Below are positions 19,355 through 30,569 of a stretch of 52,581 nt of DNA, in pieces. The notes under the pieces are model-generated. The model was given only the letters and a program-made list of their open reading frames with translations, searched no databases and had not been told where the DNA came from. Source of the DNA: a virus (Duplodnaviria > Caudoviricetes); the IMG/VR virus record IMGVR_UViG_3300025704_002224, positions 1 to 52,581 of that record. The stretch is one strand, 5' to 3'. The stretch's first letter is position 1, and the number at the start of each line of letters is the position of its first letter. Position numbers and translations under genes: made by a program.

Positions 19355-19368
19355 AACTAATTACTAAA

Positions 19369-21027
19369 ATGCAGTATGATAGCAAGATTTACCAGTTAAA
19401 CTCTTTGCGGCTGGGCTTGATACACGAAGACAACATACAAAACAAACCTAGTATTTTTGTTGCAGTTGGATCTCAGGCCGTAGAAACCAAGAGCAGGATT
19501 AGAAAATACATAGACCTCCACCGGGCAGGCACACACAACGTCATAATCATACCCCACGACTTCGATGGCACTGAGCCAGGAGACAATCATGAAATATATA
19601 CCTACTACGAAACGCAATTGAGTGTTGAATTCTATCTCACTGAAAAAATTCCCAGGGGTCATACTTTCTTCAAGGACTTCGGCAAGCCCATGGAGAACTT
19701 CACTGAATATCATTTTGACGAAAATACAAAATTTATAAAACGTGTATGTGAAACAGGATTTGGCAAGAGCAAGGTCTTCTGTGACAAGCCCTTTGCACAC
19801 AACTACATCCATCCCGACGGCAGAATTAGATTGTGTTGCACCACTAAACAGAACCTACCTACCAACAACAACTACAATTTATTCAACGCTGGCACACACA
19901 GCATTGACGACTACTGGAACAGTGACAGGATGAAAGAAGTACGCAGGAAGATGATCGCAGGTGAGAAGATCAAGGACTGCGAACGATGTTATCAACAAGA
20001 GAGCCAGGGTGTGCAAAGTCTGAGAACCACACAAAACATGGAAGAGTACATCAGAGACACTCTGCCCGATGGCACGTACCTCAAATCAGCAACTGAAATG
20101 CAGATTCAGATGGGGAATATCTGCAATCTTAAGTGCAAGATGTGTAGCCAGATGTACAGCCACATGCACGGACTTGAGACGCTAGCCATAGGTGAACAAG
20201 ATCCAGAATGGTTTCATTGGGTCAAGGAGCAAGGTGCTAATGTAAACAACTGGACCAATGATCTAGGACGCAAGGAGGAATGGTATAAAAATCCGGACAC
20301 AAAGCAAAAGATGTTTGATCACATCAGTAAAAACATAGCGTCACTGATTGTGATCGGAGGTGAGCCCACCCTGATCCCAGAGTTCTATGAAATGTTCGAA
20401 CACTGTGAAAAAAATGGGACACTGGGTGATAAAAGCATCACACTGGTCACTAATTTGACAAACACCAATCCAAAGATGACCGAATGGTTGCCTAAGTTAC
20501 AGGCGTGGACGATATGGGCCAGCGTGGACGGCATAAAAGAGAGGACCGAATACATCCGTTATCCTAGCAGGTGGGATAAGGTGTTAGAGAGTTTAGATTT
20601 TTACAAAAAGAATATTGGCAATAATGGAAAAATAGTCCTAAGTCCTGCCGTACAGTTGCTGAACATAGACCAATTGGACGACATCATCAAGTGGTGGAAA
20701 GACTGGTGCGGGGGCGAACTAAACGAACAGTTTGGATGGACATGGTTGGCCACTGTTTGGTATCCTTTGATCTGCAACCCAAGTATAGCACCTCGTGAAT
20801 GGAGATTGAAAGTGGCAGACAAACTGTCTAAATACCAGTTCGACGAATATTATGAAAACATCATAAAGTCGCTACGCGAAGACAAACACACCGAAGAGCA
20901 GTACAGAGAACTACAGAAGTCATTCATCAAGTACAATGATCGGCAGGACCAATTCCGTAATGTGCCACACACGTGGCGACAACTGTTGCCAGAACTAGAT
21001 CAGTCTTTGACAAACTCACTAAAGTAA
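19369..21027 (+). CDS. Radical SAM protein with SPASM/twitch-like Cys module
   Basis: CxxPF...DG.IRLCC, CERC, CNLKCKMC (CxxxCxxC), GGEP, SVDG....EYIR. Confidence 0.9.
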   Translation: MQYDSKIYQLNSLRLGLIHEDNIQNKPSIFVAVGSQAVETKSRIRKYIDLHRAGTHNVIIIPHDFDGTEPGDNHEIYTYYETQLSVEFYLTEKIPRGHTFFKDFGKPMENFTEYHFDENTKFIKRVCETGFGKSKVFCDKPFAHNYIHPDGRIRLCCTTKQNLPTNNNYNLFNAGTHSIDDYWNSDRMKEVRRKMIAGEKIKDCERCYQQESQGVQSLRTTQNMEEYIRDTLPDGTYLKSATEMQIQMGNICNLKCKMCSQMYSHMHGLETLAIGEQDPEWFHWVKEQGANVNNWTNDLGRKEEWYKNPDTKQKMFDHISKNIASLIVIGGEPTLIPEFYEMFEHCEKNGTLGDKSITLVTNLTNTNPKMTEWLPKLQAWTIWASVDGIKERTEYIRYPSRWDKVLESLDFYKKNIGNNGKIVLSPAVQLLNIDQLDDIIKWWKDWCGGELNEQFGWTWLATVWYPLICNPSIAPREWRLKVADKLSKYQFDEYYENIIKSLREDKHTEEQYRELQKSFIKYNDRQDQFRNVPHTWRQLLPELDQSLTNSLK

Positions 21028-21035
21028 TGTACAAT
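21007..21035 (+). promoter_or_regulatory. sigma70-type promoter
   Basis: TTGACA-N17-TACAAT; ATG at 21042. Confidence 0.7.
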
Positions 21036-21041
21036 ATATCT

Positions 21042-21746
21042 ATGAAAATACCAAAAGATGTTTTTGACGACAAGGGTATAACCTACAATCCAAAGTATTC
21101 ATATGGTGAACTGGCAAGGGTGACCAAGAATCACAAACGTCACTATGAGACACCGGACGGCAGGCAAGTGCCCAGTGTCACAACAGTGCTGAGTGCAACC
21201 AAGGACATGACACATCTACACGCATGGCGTAAGAGGATCGGTGCGGAAAAGGCACAACAGATAACCACAGAGAGCGCCAACATAGGAACCGTGATGCACC
21301 GTAGCCTGGAGAAGCATGTAAAGGGCGAGGACAGGACACCAGGATCGAATCTAATACAGCAGAAAGCACACACGATGGCCAACGTCATAATAGACAATGG
21401 TCTTAACAATGTCAGTGAAGTATGGGGATCAGAGGTATCACTTTATTATCCTGAACTTTATGCAGGCACTACTGATCTAGTTGGTGTGTACAAAGGTGCT
21501 CCTGCAATCATGGACTTCAAACAGGCAAGACGTCTTAAAAAGAAGGAATGGGTGGAGGACTACTATCTCCAATTAGTAGCATACGCAGAAGCACACAACA
21601 AACAGTACGACACACAGATAAAAACGGGTCGTATCTTTATTTGCACACAGGCCAACGAATATCAAACGTTTGACATTGACAACTACGATCACTGGGTAGG
21701 CAAGTGGTATGCAAAATTGGAACAATACTACAAGCAAATACTTTAA
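21042..21746 (+). CDS. PD-(D/E)XK exonuclease (Cas4/MGME1-like phage exonuclease)
   Basis: PSVTTVLS, GT.MH, E..LY..YAGTTD, IMDFK, QL.AY. Confidence 0.85.
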   Translation: MKIPKDVFDDKGITYNPKYSYGELARVTKNHKRHYETPDGRQVPSVTTVLSATKDMTHLHAWRKRIGAEKAQQITTESANIGTVMHRSLEKHVKGEDRTPGSNLIQQKAHTMANVIIDNGLNNVSEVWGSEVSLYYPELYAGTTDLVGVYKGAPAIMDFKQARRLKKKEWVEDYYLQLVAYAEAHNKQYDTQIKTGRIFICTQANEYQTFDIDNYDHWVGKWYAKLEQYYKQIL

Positions 21747-21759
21747 TAAATAACAGTAT

Positions 21760-23358
21760 ATGCCGATAGTACAGATATCAAGAATACAGCACAGACGTGG
21801 AAAAAGAACGGATCTACCGCAATTGGCCGCGGGAGAACTGGGTTGGGTAGTAGACGAACAGAAACTGTTCATTGGAAACGGCACCGTGGCGGATGGTGCA
21901 CCAGCGGTGGGAAACACTGAAATTGTAACGTCTGGCAGTTCAGCATTCACAACAGCTCTAGCCCACACCTACAAAGGTTACCTAGGCGACAGCACACCAG
22001 TGGGAACCAGCCAACAGAGGACCCTGCAACAGAGATTAGATGACTATGTGTCTGTGAAAGACTTCGGCGCAAAGGGTGATGACAGCACAGCAGACGTGAC
22101 AGCAATACAAAATGCGATAGATGAAATTTACAAAGACACAGACAAGGACGACACAAGATCTAGGAGAGTACTTTTCTTTCCAGCAGGCATTTACAGAATC
22201 AATGCCGCACTTAAGATACCACCATACGCACACTTGGTGGGCGAAGGACCGGACAAGACCATAATCCGGAATTCAGGTAACAACGCTGTGATGGTGACCC
22301 AGGACGACGATGGTAACGTTGGAGCCGACATAGGAAACTCTGGCGCCACAACACCAACGCAAATACAAATCTCAAACATGACTTTGAGAAACACGGTTGC
22401 TTATGGAGGCGTGTCTCTAGACAGAGTAACAAAAGCATTCTTCAATAATGTTAAGTTCCAAGGATCATATGCATCAGGAGGGGCAGATGCCTCAACATCA
22501 AAAGGTGTAACAGTGAATCATTCCAATGCAACATATTCTACATCCAACGTCACTTTCAACCAATGCCAGTTTACAAAGTTTGCCAGATTGGTAGACATCA
22601 GTTACAACGCAACCAATGTTAGGTTCCATGCCTGTGATTTCTCTACTGCATACTATGGAGCACTTATCGGTGCAGAGATGGACGGTAGCACAGCAGGCCT
22701 CAACAACGGCCCAAGGGACATGCAGTTCACCAGTTCTAGTTGGAGCACCATAGGACAACAGGCCATATTGGTTTCACCGGCAACAGGTGCCACAGGCGGC
22801 GCTGGCCCAAGACACATAGTTTCACACGCAAACTTTTATGACAGCACTGTAGCAAACAACTTCGAAGGTGTTGGCTCGATCAGAGAAGTGCCTATTATTC
22901 AATTCGACAACGATGAATGTACATCATCACAAGACTTCTTTGAAAGAACAGAACTAAGAAGAGCCGACGGCAGTACGGCATTGAACGTCGCACCAGAAGT
23001 CCAAGGAATAGGTGTAACATCTAAGTTGATCAAAACACAAACTTTATTCAACAACAAATCGGCGGCCACTCCGATAAACGAATATCCATCACTCACAAGT
23101 AAAGGGATATCAGTAAAATATAAAATCACAAGAGGTACTCTCGACAGAACAGGTGAATTTATAATAAGTGCATCGACAACGGCCGTGAGTTTCGATGACA
23201 CGTTCACAGAAAGTGGTGCTACAGTTGGTGTTACACTCTCAGCAATCCTTCGCAACTATGATTCCACTGCGGGAAACGACACTGTTGAATTAGCATACAC
23301 TACTACCAACTCGGGTACCGACGCTACAATAGATTACCAGACAACAATCATAGCATAA
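21760..23358 (+). CDS. Tail fibre/spike-like structural protein (Mtd_N-like head plus pectate-lyase-like beta-helix)
   Basis: IQHRRG...LPQLAAGELG..D..KLFIGNG; VSVKDFGAKGD...D..AIQ.AID; LFFPAG.Y. Confidence 0.75.
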   Translation: MPIVQISRIQHRRGKRTDLPQLAAGELGWVVDEQKLFIGNGTVADGAPAVGNTEIVTSGSSAFTTALAHTYKGYLGDSTPVGTSQQRTLQQRLDDYVSVKDFGAKGDDSTADVTAIQNAIDEIYKDTDKDDTRSRRVLFFPAGIYRINAALKIPPYAHLVGEGPDKTIIRNSGNNAVMVTQDDDGNVGADIGNSGATTPTQIQISNMTLRNTVAYGGVSLDRVTKAFFNNVKFQGSYASGGADASTSKGVTVNHSNATYSTSNVTFNQCQFTKFARLVDISYNATNVRFHACDFSTAYYGALIGAEMDGSTAGLNNGPRDMQFTSSSWSTIGQQAILVSPATGATGGAGPRHIVSHANFYDSTVANNFEGVGSIREVPIIQFDNDECTSSQDFFERTELRRADGSTALNVAPEVQGIGVTSKLIKTQTLFNNKSAATPINEYPSLTSKGISVKYKITRGTLDRTGEFIISASTTAVSFDDTFTESGATVGVTLSAILRNYDSTAGNDTVELAYTTTNSGTDATIDYQTTIIA

Positions 23359-23499
23359 TCATCACAAACAGATAGACAGAAAACTTTTTTTGTCGTAATA
23401 TTAGTACATTATAAAATTACATAACGACGCTGTGATTTTATTCGTACGAAGGGTAAGCAAGAAAGTAAAAAAAAGTTAAACACACGGATTTAGATAAAT

Positions 23500-25905
23500 A
23501 TGGATACAATAAAAACAAAAATGAAAAACAAAAATTACAAATATTTAATGCCAAGCACCAACTCTAGTACGATCAAAGTCCAGAAAAGAGATGGCAAGTT
23601 GGAGAACCTTGACATAAACAAAATTCATTTCGTCGTTGAGGAGGCCTGCGAAGGACTCACTGGAGTATCATCATCACAGATAGAGATGAACGCCAACATT
23701 CAGTTCTATGATGGTATGACCACAAAAGACATCCAGAATGTTTTAGTGCGTTCAGCGAATGACCTGATAAGTCTTGAAGCACCCAACTATCAATATGCGG
23801 CGGCGAGGCTACTATCCTATGACGTTAGGAAAGAAGCACACGGACAATACGAATACATTCCATTGCTGAAGTTGATTTTGAGAAACATTAGATCAGGAGT
23901 GTATGACAAAGGCATACTGGACAAGTACTCCAAGACAGAGATCAAGAAGTTCAACACATGGATCAAGAGAGACAGGGATCTCAAATTCACATACGCAGGA
24001 CTTAGACAGATATGTGACAAGTACCTTGTGCAGGATAGAAGCACAGGACAACTGTATGAGACACCGCAGGACATGTACATGATGATCGCGGCAACACTGT
24101 TTGCAGAATATCCAACTAAGACAAGAATGAGTTATGTCAAAAAATATTACGATGCGATATCACTACACAAGATAAACATTCCAACGCCAGTCATGGCAGG
24201 TGTTAGAACACCCATAAGACAATTTGCTTCTTGCGTACTAGTAGACAGTGATGACACGTTGCCTTCAATCTTCTCAAGTGATATGGCGATTGGATTATAT
24301 GTTGCCAGACGTGCAGGGATAGGGATCAACGCAGGACGGATCAGAGGTATCAATTCTAAAATCAGGGGAGGGGAGGTTCAACACACAGGAGTCATTCCGT
24401 TCCTAAAGAAATTCGAATCAACTGTGAGATGTTGTACACAGAATGGTGTGCGTGGTGGAAACGCAACTGTACACTTCCCAATATGGCATCCGGAGATCGA
24501 AGACATCCTTGTGCTGAAGAACAACAAAGGCACAGAAGACAACAGAGTAAGACGTATGGATTACTCAATACAAATTTCTAAATTGTTCTATGAAAGATTT
24601 ATGAACGAGGAAGACATCACACTTATCTCTCCACACCAGGCACCTGGACTTTACGATGCGTTTGGCACAGAAGAGTTCGACGACTTGTACTTGAAATATG
24701 AAGCAGATAAGACCATTCCAAAAAAAACAGTACCAGCACAAGACTTGTTTTTTGATTTATTAAAAGAAAGAGCAGAGACAGGTAGGATATACATTATGAA
24801 CTTGGATCACTGTAACTCACACAGCAGTTTCAAAGATAAAATTTCTATGAGTAATCTTTGTCAAGAGATTACACTTCCAACAACACCTATACAAGACATA
24901 CACGATGAACAGGGAGAGATTGCACTTTGTATTCTTTCAGCAGTAAACGTGGGTGGACTAAACGATTTAAGTGAACTTGAAAACATCTGTGACCTTAGTG
25001 TGAGAGCACTTGAACAGATAATAGACTACCAAGACTATCCAGTGAAAGCCGCAGAAGTTAGCACAAAGAAAAGAAGGAGTTTGGGAATTGGCTACATTGG
25101 ACTGGCACACTACCTGGCCAAGAATGGTGTCAAATATTCTGATCCAAAGGCGTGGGATCTAGTAGACAGACTCACAGAGGCATTCCAATACAACCTTCTG
25201 AGGGCAAGTTGCAACATAGCAATGGAGAAAGGCAAGTGTGAGGGGTTTGAAAGAACAAAATACGCAGACGGCCTACTACCGATAGATCACTACAAGAAAG
25301 ACGTAGACAAGATCGTGCCACACAAACAGAGAATGGCATGGGAGAGTCTGAGGAAAGACATAGCCAAGTATGGCCTGAGACACAGCACACTGTCAGCACA
25401 GATGCCAAGTGAGAGCAGTTCAGTGGTTTCAAACGAGACGAATGGCATAGAGCCACCGAGAGCATTGATGGCCATCAAGAAAAGCAAGAAAGGTCCTCTG
25501 AAGCAGATAGCACCAGGATTCCCCAAACTTAAAAATGATTACACTTTACTATGGGAAACACCAAGTAATGAGGGTTACATCAATGTTGTGGCAATGATGC
25601 AGAAGTATTTTGATCAAGCCATATCAGGCAACTGGAGTTACAACCCATTACAATTCGAAAATAACGAAGTACCTCTGTCGGTCATGGCCAATGACATGCT
25701 GACAGCATACAAACTTGGTTGGAAAACAAGTTACTATCAGAACACTTACGATTTCAAAGGGGAGGAAGAAGAAGATGTACAACCAGCGGGTATTGCCGCA
25801 CAACTGGAGGACGACGGAGAGGATGTTATCCTCGAACCTGAAAATCCAGTTGAACAGATAAGTACATCCGCAGACGACGGTGAGTGCGACGCCTGTACAA
25901 TCTAA
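23500..25905 (+). CDS. nrdA: Ribonucleoside-diphosphate reductase class Ia alpha subunit
   Basis: ATP cone (VQKRDG), PTPVMAGVRT, SCVL, QNGVRGG, SNLCQEI, KTSYY, C-terminal CDAC; true start may be 23548. Confidence 0.97.
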   Translation: MDTIKTKMKNKNYKYLMPSTNSSTIKVQKRDGKLENLDINKIHFVVEEACEGLTGVSSSQIEMNANIQFYDGMTTKDIQNVLVRSANDLISLEAPNYQYAAARLLSYDVRKEAHGQYEYIPLLKLILRNIRSGVYDKGILDKYSKTEIKKFNTWIKRDRDLKFTYAGLRQICDKYLVQDRSTGQLYETPQDMYMMIAATLFAEYPTKTRMSYVKKYYDAISLHKINIPTPVMAGVRTPIRQFASCVLVDSDDTLPSIFSSDMAIGLYVARRAGIGINAGRIRGINSKIRGGEVQHTGVIPFLKKFESTVRCCTQNGVRGGNATVHFPIWHPEIEDILVLKNNKGTEDNRVRRMDYSIQISKLFYERFMNEEDITLISPHQAPGLYDAFGTEEFDDLYLKYEADKTIPKKTVPAQDLFFDLLKERAETGRIYIMNLDHCNSHSSFKDKISMSNLCQEITLPTTPIQDIHDEQGEIALCILSAVNVGGLNDLSELENICDLSVRALEQIIDYQDYPVKAAEVSTKKRRSLGIGYIGLAHYLAKNGVKYSDPKAWDLVDRLTEAFQYNLLRASCNIAMEKGKCEGFERTKYADGLLPIDHYKKDVDKIVPHKQRMAWESLRKDIAKYGLRHSTLSAQMPSESSSVVSNETNGIEPPRALMAIKKSKKGPLKQIAPGFPKLKNDYTLLWETPSNEGYINVVAMMQKYFDQAISGNWSYNPLQFENNEVPLSVMANDMLTAYKLGWKTSYYQNTYDFKGEEEEDVQPAGIAAQLEDDGEDVILEPENPVEQISTSADDGECDACTI

Positions 25906-25917
25906 CATTTAAGAATC

Positions 25918-27018
25918 ATGACAAAAACAGTTTTTAACCAAGCCAAAGTTGACTTCACTAAACAGCCCATGTTTTTCGGCGAGGACGGTGGCATACAGAG
26001 ATACGACGATTTCAGATACCCACAGTTTGACAAGTTGAATCAAACAATGCTGGGTTACTTCTGGAGACCTGAAGAAGTTAGTCTGCAGAAAGACAGGGCA
26101 GACTTCATGAACTTCAGACCAGAACAGAAACACATATTCACATCAAACTTGAAATACCAAACACTGCTAGACAGTGTGCAGGGCAGAGGCCCGAGTCTGA
26201 TGTTCTTGCCATACGTTTCAAATCCAGAATTGGAAGGTTGCATAGTCACATGGGACTTCTTTGAAACCATCCACTCGAGATCATACACACACATCATGAA
26301 GAACGTTTATTCAGATCCTGCAGAAGTGTTTGACACCATACTGGATGACAAAGAGATATTGAAGAGAGCAAAAAGTGTCACAGCAGAATATGACAAGTTC
26401 GGCAAGATGGCATTGGATCATGCAGTAGGCAAGAAAGTGGACATGCTTGAACTGAAAAAGCAGTTATACCTAGCAATGAACACCGTGAACTTACTAGAAG
26501 GATTGAGATTCTACATATCATTCGCTTGTACATTCGCATTCGGTGAACTGAAACTGATGGAAGGTTCTGCAAAGATTCTCTCATTGATTGCAAGAGACGA
26601 AGCAACACACTTGAACCTGTCAACACACGTGATCAAAGCATGGCAAAAAGGCGATGATGCTGAAATGACCAAGGCCATGAAAGGCACAGAGAAGACAGTG
26701 ATACAGATGTTCAAGGACTGCGTTGAAGAAGAGAAGGCATGGGCCAAGTATCTGTTCAAGGACGGATCCATCATAGGACTGAACGAGAAACTGTTGGGCA
26801 ACTACGTTGAGTGGATAGCCAACAAGAGACTGAAAGCACTGGGATATGATCCAATATACGACATATCAGCATCAGCCAACCCACTACCATGGACACAACA
26901 TTGGTTGAGTTCAAAAGGTATGCAGGTGGCACCCCAGGAGACGGAAGTGGAAAGTTACATCTCGGGTGGTATCAAGCAAGACGTTAAAAAAGGTCAATTC
27001 AGTAAGTTTAAGTTATAA
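25918..27018 (+). CDS. nrdB: Ribonucleoside-diphosphate reductase class Ia beta subunit
   Basis: FWRPEEV, LLDSVQGR, ETIHSRSY, LEGLRFY, RDEATH, VAPQETE. Confidence 0.97.
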   Translation: MTKTVFNQAKVDFTKQPMFFGEDGGIQRYDDFRYPQFDKLNQTMLGYFWRPEEVSLQKDRADFMNFRPEQKHIFTSNLKYQTLLDSVQGRGPSLMFLPYVSNPELEGCIVTWDFFETIHSRSYTHIMKNVYSDPAEVFDTILDDKEILKRAKSVTAEYDKFGKMALDHAVGKKVDMLELKKQLYLAMNTVNLLEGLRFYISFACTFAFGELKLMEGSAKILSLIARDEATHLNLSTHVIKAWQKGDDAEMTKAMKGTEKTVIQMFKDCVEEEKAWAKYLFKDGSIIGLNEKLLGNYVEWIANKRLKALGYDPIYDISASANPLPWTQHWLSSKGMQVAPQETEVESYISGGIKQDVKKGQFSKFKL

Positions 27019-27054
27019 TCCAAGCGGTTTTTAGTATCTATAAATACTAACACT

Positions 27055-27360
27055 ATGCCAGCAATATCAAGAGACATAAGAGACCTAGCCAAGACAGGAC
27101 ATGGCTGTACAAAGTTTATAGGATGTAAAGCGACACAACATTCTGTGTTGGCCAATGGATCTGCGGTGCTCAGGCCCGGTGACCCATTGCTACCTCACAC
27201 TATCCCAGCGTGTTGTCCACTCAGATGTATTGCACATCCTGCCGTGGTCAACACAGGTTCAACGACTGTGTTCGCAGAGGGTATTCCAGTGGCCAGATTG
27301 GGGGACTCGGCAGACTTTGGAGCATTGATAATGGGCTCACAAAACGTATTCGCAGGATAG
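27055..27360 (+). CDS. PAAR-domain spike-tip protein
   Basis: TGHGC, GD.L.PH, GS.TVF.EG.PVARLGD, GS.NVFAG; TATAAATA upstream. Confidence 0.85.
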   Translation: MPAISRDIRDLAKTGHGCTKFIGCKATQHSVLANGSAVLRPGDPLLPHTIPACCPLRCIAHPAVVNTGSTTVFAEGIPVARLGDSADFGALIMGSQNVFAG

Positions 27361-27363
27361 CAC

Positions 27364-28605
27364 ATGACAGTCAACAAAGGATTAGCATCACTGGCAGACA
27401 ATCAACCAAACTTCTCCAACCAGGCATTGGAGAACGCAGTCAACACGTTGAAAGTTGGATGGGTGACAAAAAGTTTTGAATTGGACTCTGTGATAGCAAG
27501 TAATGGAATACTCACAACATCACAGAAGAATGATTTGAAAGATGACATCAACAATGTCACACACTTAAACTTGGGTAGGGTGCTGGGCGATCTGATCAGG
27601 CACAGTGCAACCATCATCGACGGCTCAATTATCCCGGGCAATGCAGACATTACATCTGGCCCGAATGGCCAAGGTACATTTCTTGAAATTCTAGGATCCG
27701 TGCAAGGACTTCAAATCACGATCCCATCACTTAACGGTGTGCCCGCATCAGACAAAAAGAGGGCCGTGAACGATCACCTTGGCACTCTCAACAACATCTT
27801 CCTCGAGACAGAGGACAGTTCGGCGCCTGTGTTCACATCGTTGCTGGAATCTATCAACTTCATAGTGACGGCGGATCTAGCCACAGAGACGGCGCTGGAG
27901 ACAGCATACGACAACCTAAAAGCATTCATCAATAGCGTGGTGGGGGACTCAACAGACTTCCAACAAACGCTTGACACATTCGCCACAGCAGTTGCCACGG
28001 CACACACCAATCTGAACAACGCACTGGCGGCACAGCCTTTGCTTACACACAAGAACAACCTCATCGCACAGAGGGAGAAGATCAACGTGCAGGTGGCGTT
28101 GGAGAACAGCAACATCACCGGCCTGAGGACATATGTTGAGTCATTGTCCAACAACTTGGCATTCACATCCATGGCGTCTGATCCAACATTGAGAAGACTG
28201 ATGACCAAGGTTGCCCAGAACAAGCAATGGCAGACCTACTTCGAGAACTACGAGAACGAGCAGGACAACTTGAATCCCATATACACCACAGACACGGATT
28301 CAGACAAGGGCACTCTGGTAGATCAAATTTATGCTAACTCTGGCCTGCCTGATGTTTTGGAGTCATTTGATCTTGTTGATGTGGCCGAGAAGGCACAGAG
28401 GGATAGCAGGATTGACACAGCAGGGTTTGACTCCCTGACCGAATCACAGATCATAACCAAGGCCTGCGAGCAGGTGGGCATAGTAACTGCCAACCGAGAC
28501 ATATTTGGCCTGAGTGAATCCTTACTGAATAACATGAACCAACACGATCGTGATGAGATAGCAAGGCGATTAGACCTCAACGAATCAGCAAACACTTTAA
28601 GTTAA
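27364..28605 (+). CDS. Putative virion structural protein
   Basis: 413 aa, follows PAAR gene, acidic Asn/Thr/Ala-rich. Confidence 0.55.
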   Translation: MTVNKGLASLADNQPNFSNQALENAVNTLKVGWVTKSFELDSVIASNGILTTSQKNDLKDDINNVTHLNLGRVLGDLIRHSATIIDGSIIPGNADITSGPNGQGTFLEILGSVQGLQITIPSLNGVPASDKKRAVNDHLGTLNNIFLETEDSSAPVFTSLLESINFIVTADLATETALETAYDNLKAFINSVVGDSTDFQQTLDTFATAVATAHTNLNNALAAQPLLTHKNNLIAQREKINVQVALENSNITGLRTYVESLSNNLAFTSMASDPTLRRLMTKVAQNKQWQTYFENYENEQDNLNPIYTTDTDSDKGTLVDQIYANSGLPDVLESFDLVDVAEKAQRDSRIDTAGFDSLTESQIITKACEQVGIVTANRDIFGLSESLLNNMNQHDRDEIARRLDLNESANTLS

Positions 28606-29315
28606 TGTTCAAAGATGTAATAGGCGAGTGGCCCATGCATGAAAGATTCATACTGACCTCGTGTGATGACAACTACTTCGATCAGTACTTCCCTAGATTC
28701 TACAACACCTACAAGGAAAATTGGCATCTGCCTATACACGTACACATCATAGATCCATCTGACAACTCTATATCGAGACTGCAGGAATTGGATCTGTCAT
28801 ACACACACTGCACTACTGATCCTGCTGTGTTAAAATGGCCATACTCATACGTGACCTACTGCCAGGCGCAGAGGTTCATACTGCTGGGACACAACCTGCT
28901 AGAAGGTCAATCAGTGATCGTTGCAGACGTGGATTCGTATGCCCTAAGGGAGCCAACGGAAACCCAGAAGCATACGTTGGAATCGGACATGGCATTCACA
29001 GAATACAACGGAAGACTGATGGCGACGTTCTGCAACTTCCATCACAGTAAAAGAGCACAGGCCCTGGAGTCAGCGATCGAGATGCAACAACTGATCGAGA
29101 ACACAGACACTATAGGGGTGGATCAATTGGTCATAAAACAGACATTTGGATCATTGTCATACAATAATCTTACACATAACGAATGGATAAGGCACCTTGA
29201 TGTCAAGACAGCAGATGATCTTAACGAACACAATAAATGTTTAATATACCACGAGAAGGGTACCAGGGGTAAGGGAAAAGGAATTTCGATATCATGGAAT
29301 CACATCACAGAGTAG
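28605..29315 (+). CDS. Glycosyltransferase-like protein
   Basis: TSCD..YF, DxD (ADVD), GVDQ motifs. Confidence 0.55.
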   Translation: MFKDVIGEWPMHERFILTSCDDNYFDQYFPRFYNTYKENWHLPIHVHIIDPSDNSISRLQELDLSYTHCTTDPAVLKWPYSYVTYCQAQRFILLGHNLLEGQSVIVADVDSYALREPTETQKHTLESDMAFTEYNGRLMATFCNFHHSKRAQALESAIEMQQLIENTDTIGVDQLVIKQTFGSLSYNNLTHNEWIRHLDVKTADDLNEHNKCLIYHEKGTRGKGKGISISWNHITE

Positions 29316-29989
29316 AACAAAGGCAAGGTGAGGACGGAAACATGTGGGCATGGCCCACACTCGATAGACGTTGTTGGAAAGCGATGATCAAACATTGGTT
29401 CATGGCAGAGAAGGTAATGGAACTCACATCACAATATCACAAGGACATTGACAAGAACGTAATGATACAGGCGGGTGGCAACGTAGGTGTGTATGCATGG
29501 CAATACGCACAGATGTTTGATTCTGTGTACACATTTGAACCGGAAGACCTCAACTTCTATTGTTTGGAAAGGAACATCGCAGACCAGAAGAACATCAAAG
29601 CAACCAAGGCCTTCTTAGGAAAACAAAGTGGTACAGCAGGTATAAAAAATCATGCAAACGATAAAGCAGTTGCGAGGACAGACAAATACCCTGACGGCAG
29701 GCCAACAGAATACAACACTGGTGCATACGAGATTGACGGCATCGGCGAGATACCTGTGATTGACATAGATTCAATGAATCTACCACAATGTGATCTCATA
29801 CACCTGGACATAGAGGGAAGTGAACTTGATGCTCTAAAGGGTGCGGAGAACACAATCAAACATCATAAACCCATACTGTGCCTCGAATGGTTCTACAACA
29901 CAGACATCTTGAAGGATGTGCTAGACGATTGGGGATATGAGGAGATAGCGATGGCCGAGGGCAGTGATAAGATCTTTAAACTTAAATAG
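29294..29989 (+). CDS. FkbM-family methyltransferase
   Basis: IQAGGNVG, TFEP, DLIHLDIEGSE..ALKGA. Confidence 0.9.
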   Translation: MESHHRVEQRQGEDGNMWAWPTLDRRCWKAMIKHWFMAEKVMELTSQYHKDIDKNVMIQAGGNVGVYAWQYAQMFDSVYTFEPEDLNFYCLERNIADQKNIKATKAFLGKQSGTAGIKNHANDKAVARTDKYPDGRPTEYNTGAYEIDGIGEIPVIDIDSMNLPQCDLIHLDIEGSELDALKGAENTIKHHKPILCLEWFYNTDILKDVLDDWGYEEIAMAEGSDKIFKLK

Positions 29990-29996
29990 GAATGTA

Positions 29997-30569
29997 ATGG
30001 TAGACAGATACAGAGTTATAGAAAGATTCGCAAAAGAAAACAATTGGACTCAAGGATTGGAACTAGGTGTGTGGGTAGGAGTGACCACATTTTGGTTGAT
30101 GAAGAACACCGGTGTGAACATGACCTGTGTTGACGCTTGGGAGGCACAGGACGACAATCCAGAATACGACTGGCAATACAACAAGAAACCTATTTTTAAA
30201 GGAGGCAAGTTGGTTAGGTTAGAGGAGTTCAAGAACGAGGGCCAGGTTTGGAATCACAATGCCAATGAACAGAGATTCCGTGATGATGCTGAACACTGGG
30301 GAAGCAGGATTCGAATCATAAAAGGACGGTCACTTGCCGTCATAGATCAAATACCAGACAACAGCATGGACTTCATATTCCATGATTCAGATCATTCATA
30401 TCCCTTCGTCAAGAACGAGATACAAGCCTACCTGCCCAAGTTAAAAAGTGGTGGATATTCTATGGGTGATGACTACAACTGGACTCCTGTGAAGAGATCA
30501 GTGGAAGAAGCATTTGGGGATATGCATAAGGTAACCGGCAAGGATGTCTGGTACGCTGTAAAGAATTAG
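29997..30569 (+). CDS. Class I SAM methyltransferase (Methyltransf_24-like)
   Basis: GLELGVWVG, VDAW, DFIFHDSDHSY, LK.GG...GDDY. Confidence 0.85.
   Translation: MVDRYRVIERFAKENNWTQGLELGVWVGVTTFWLMKNTGVNMTCVDAWEAQDDNPEYDWQYNKKPIFKGGKLVRLEEFKNEGQVWNHNANEQRFRDDAEHWGSRIRIIKGRSLAVIDQIPDNSMDFIFHDSDHSYPFVKNEIQAYLPKLKSGGYSMGDDYNWTPVKRSVEEAFGDMHKVTGKDVWYAVKN

Noticed and set aside
21042-21746. Cas4 as part of a CRISPR system
   Set aside because: Stand-alone phage PD-(D/E)XK exonuclease with no Fe-S cysteine set and no cas neighbours
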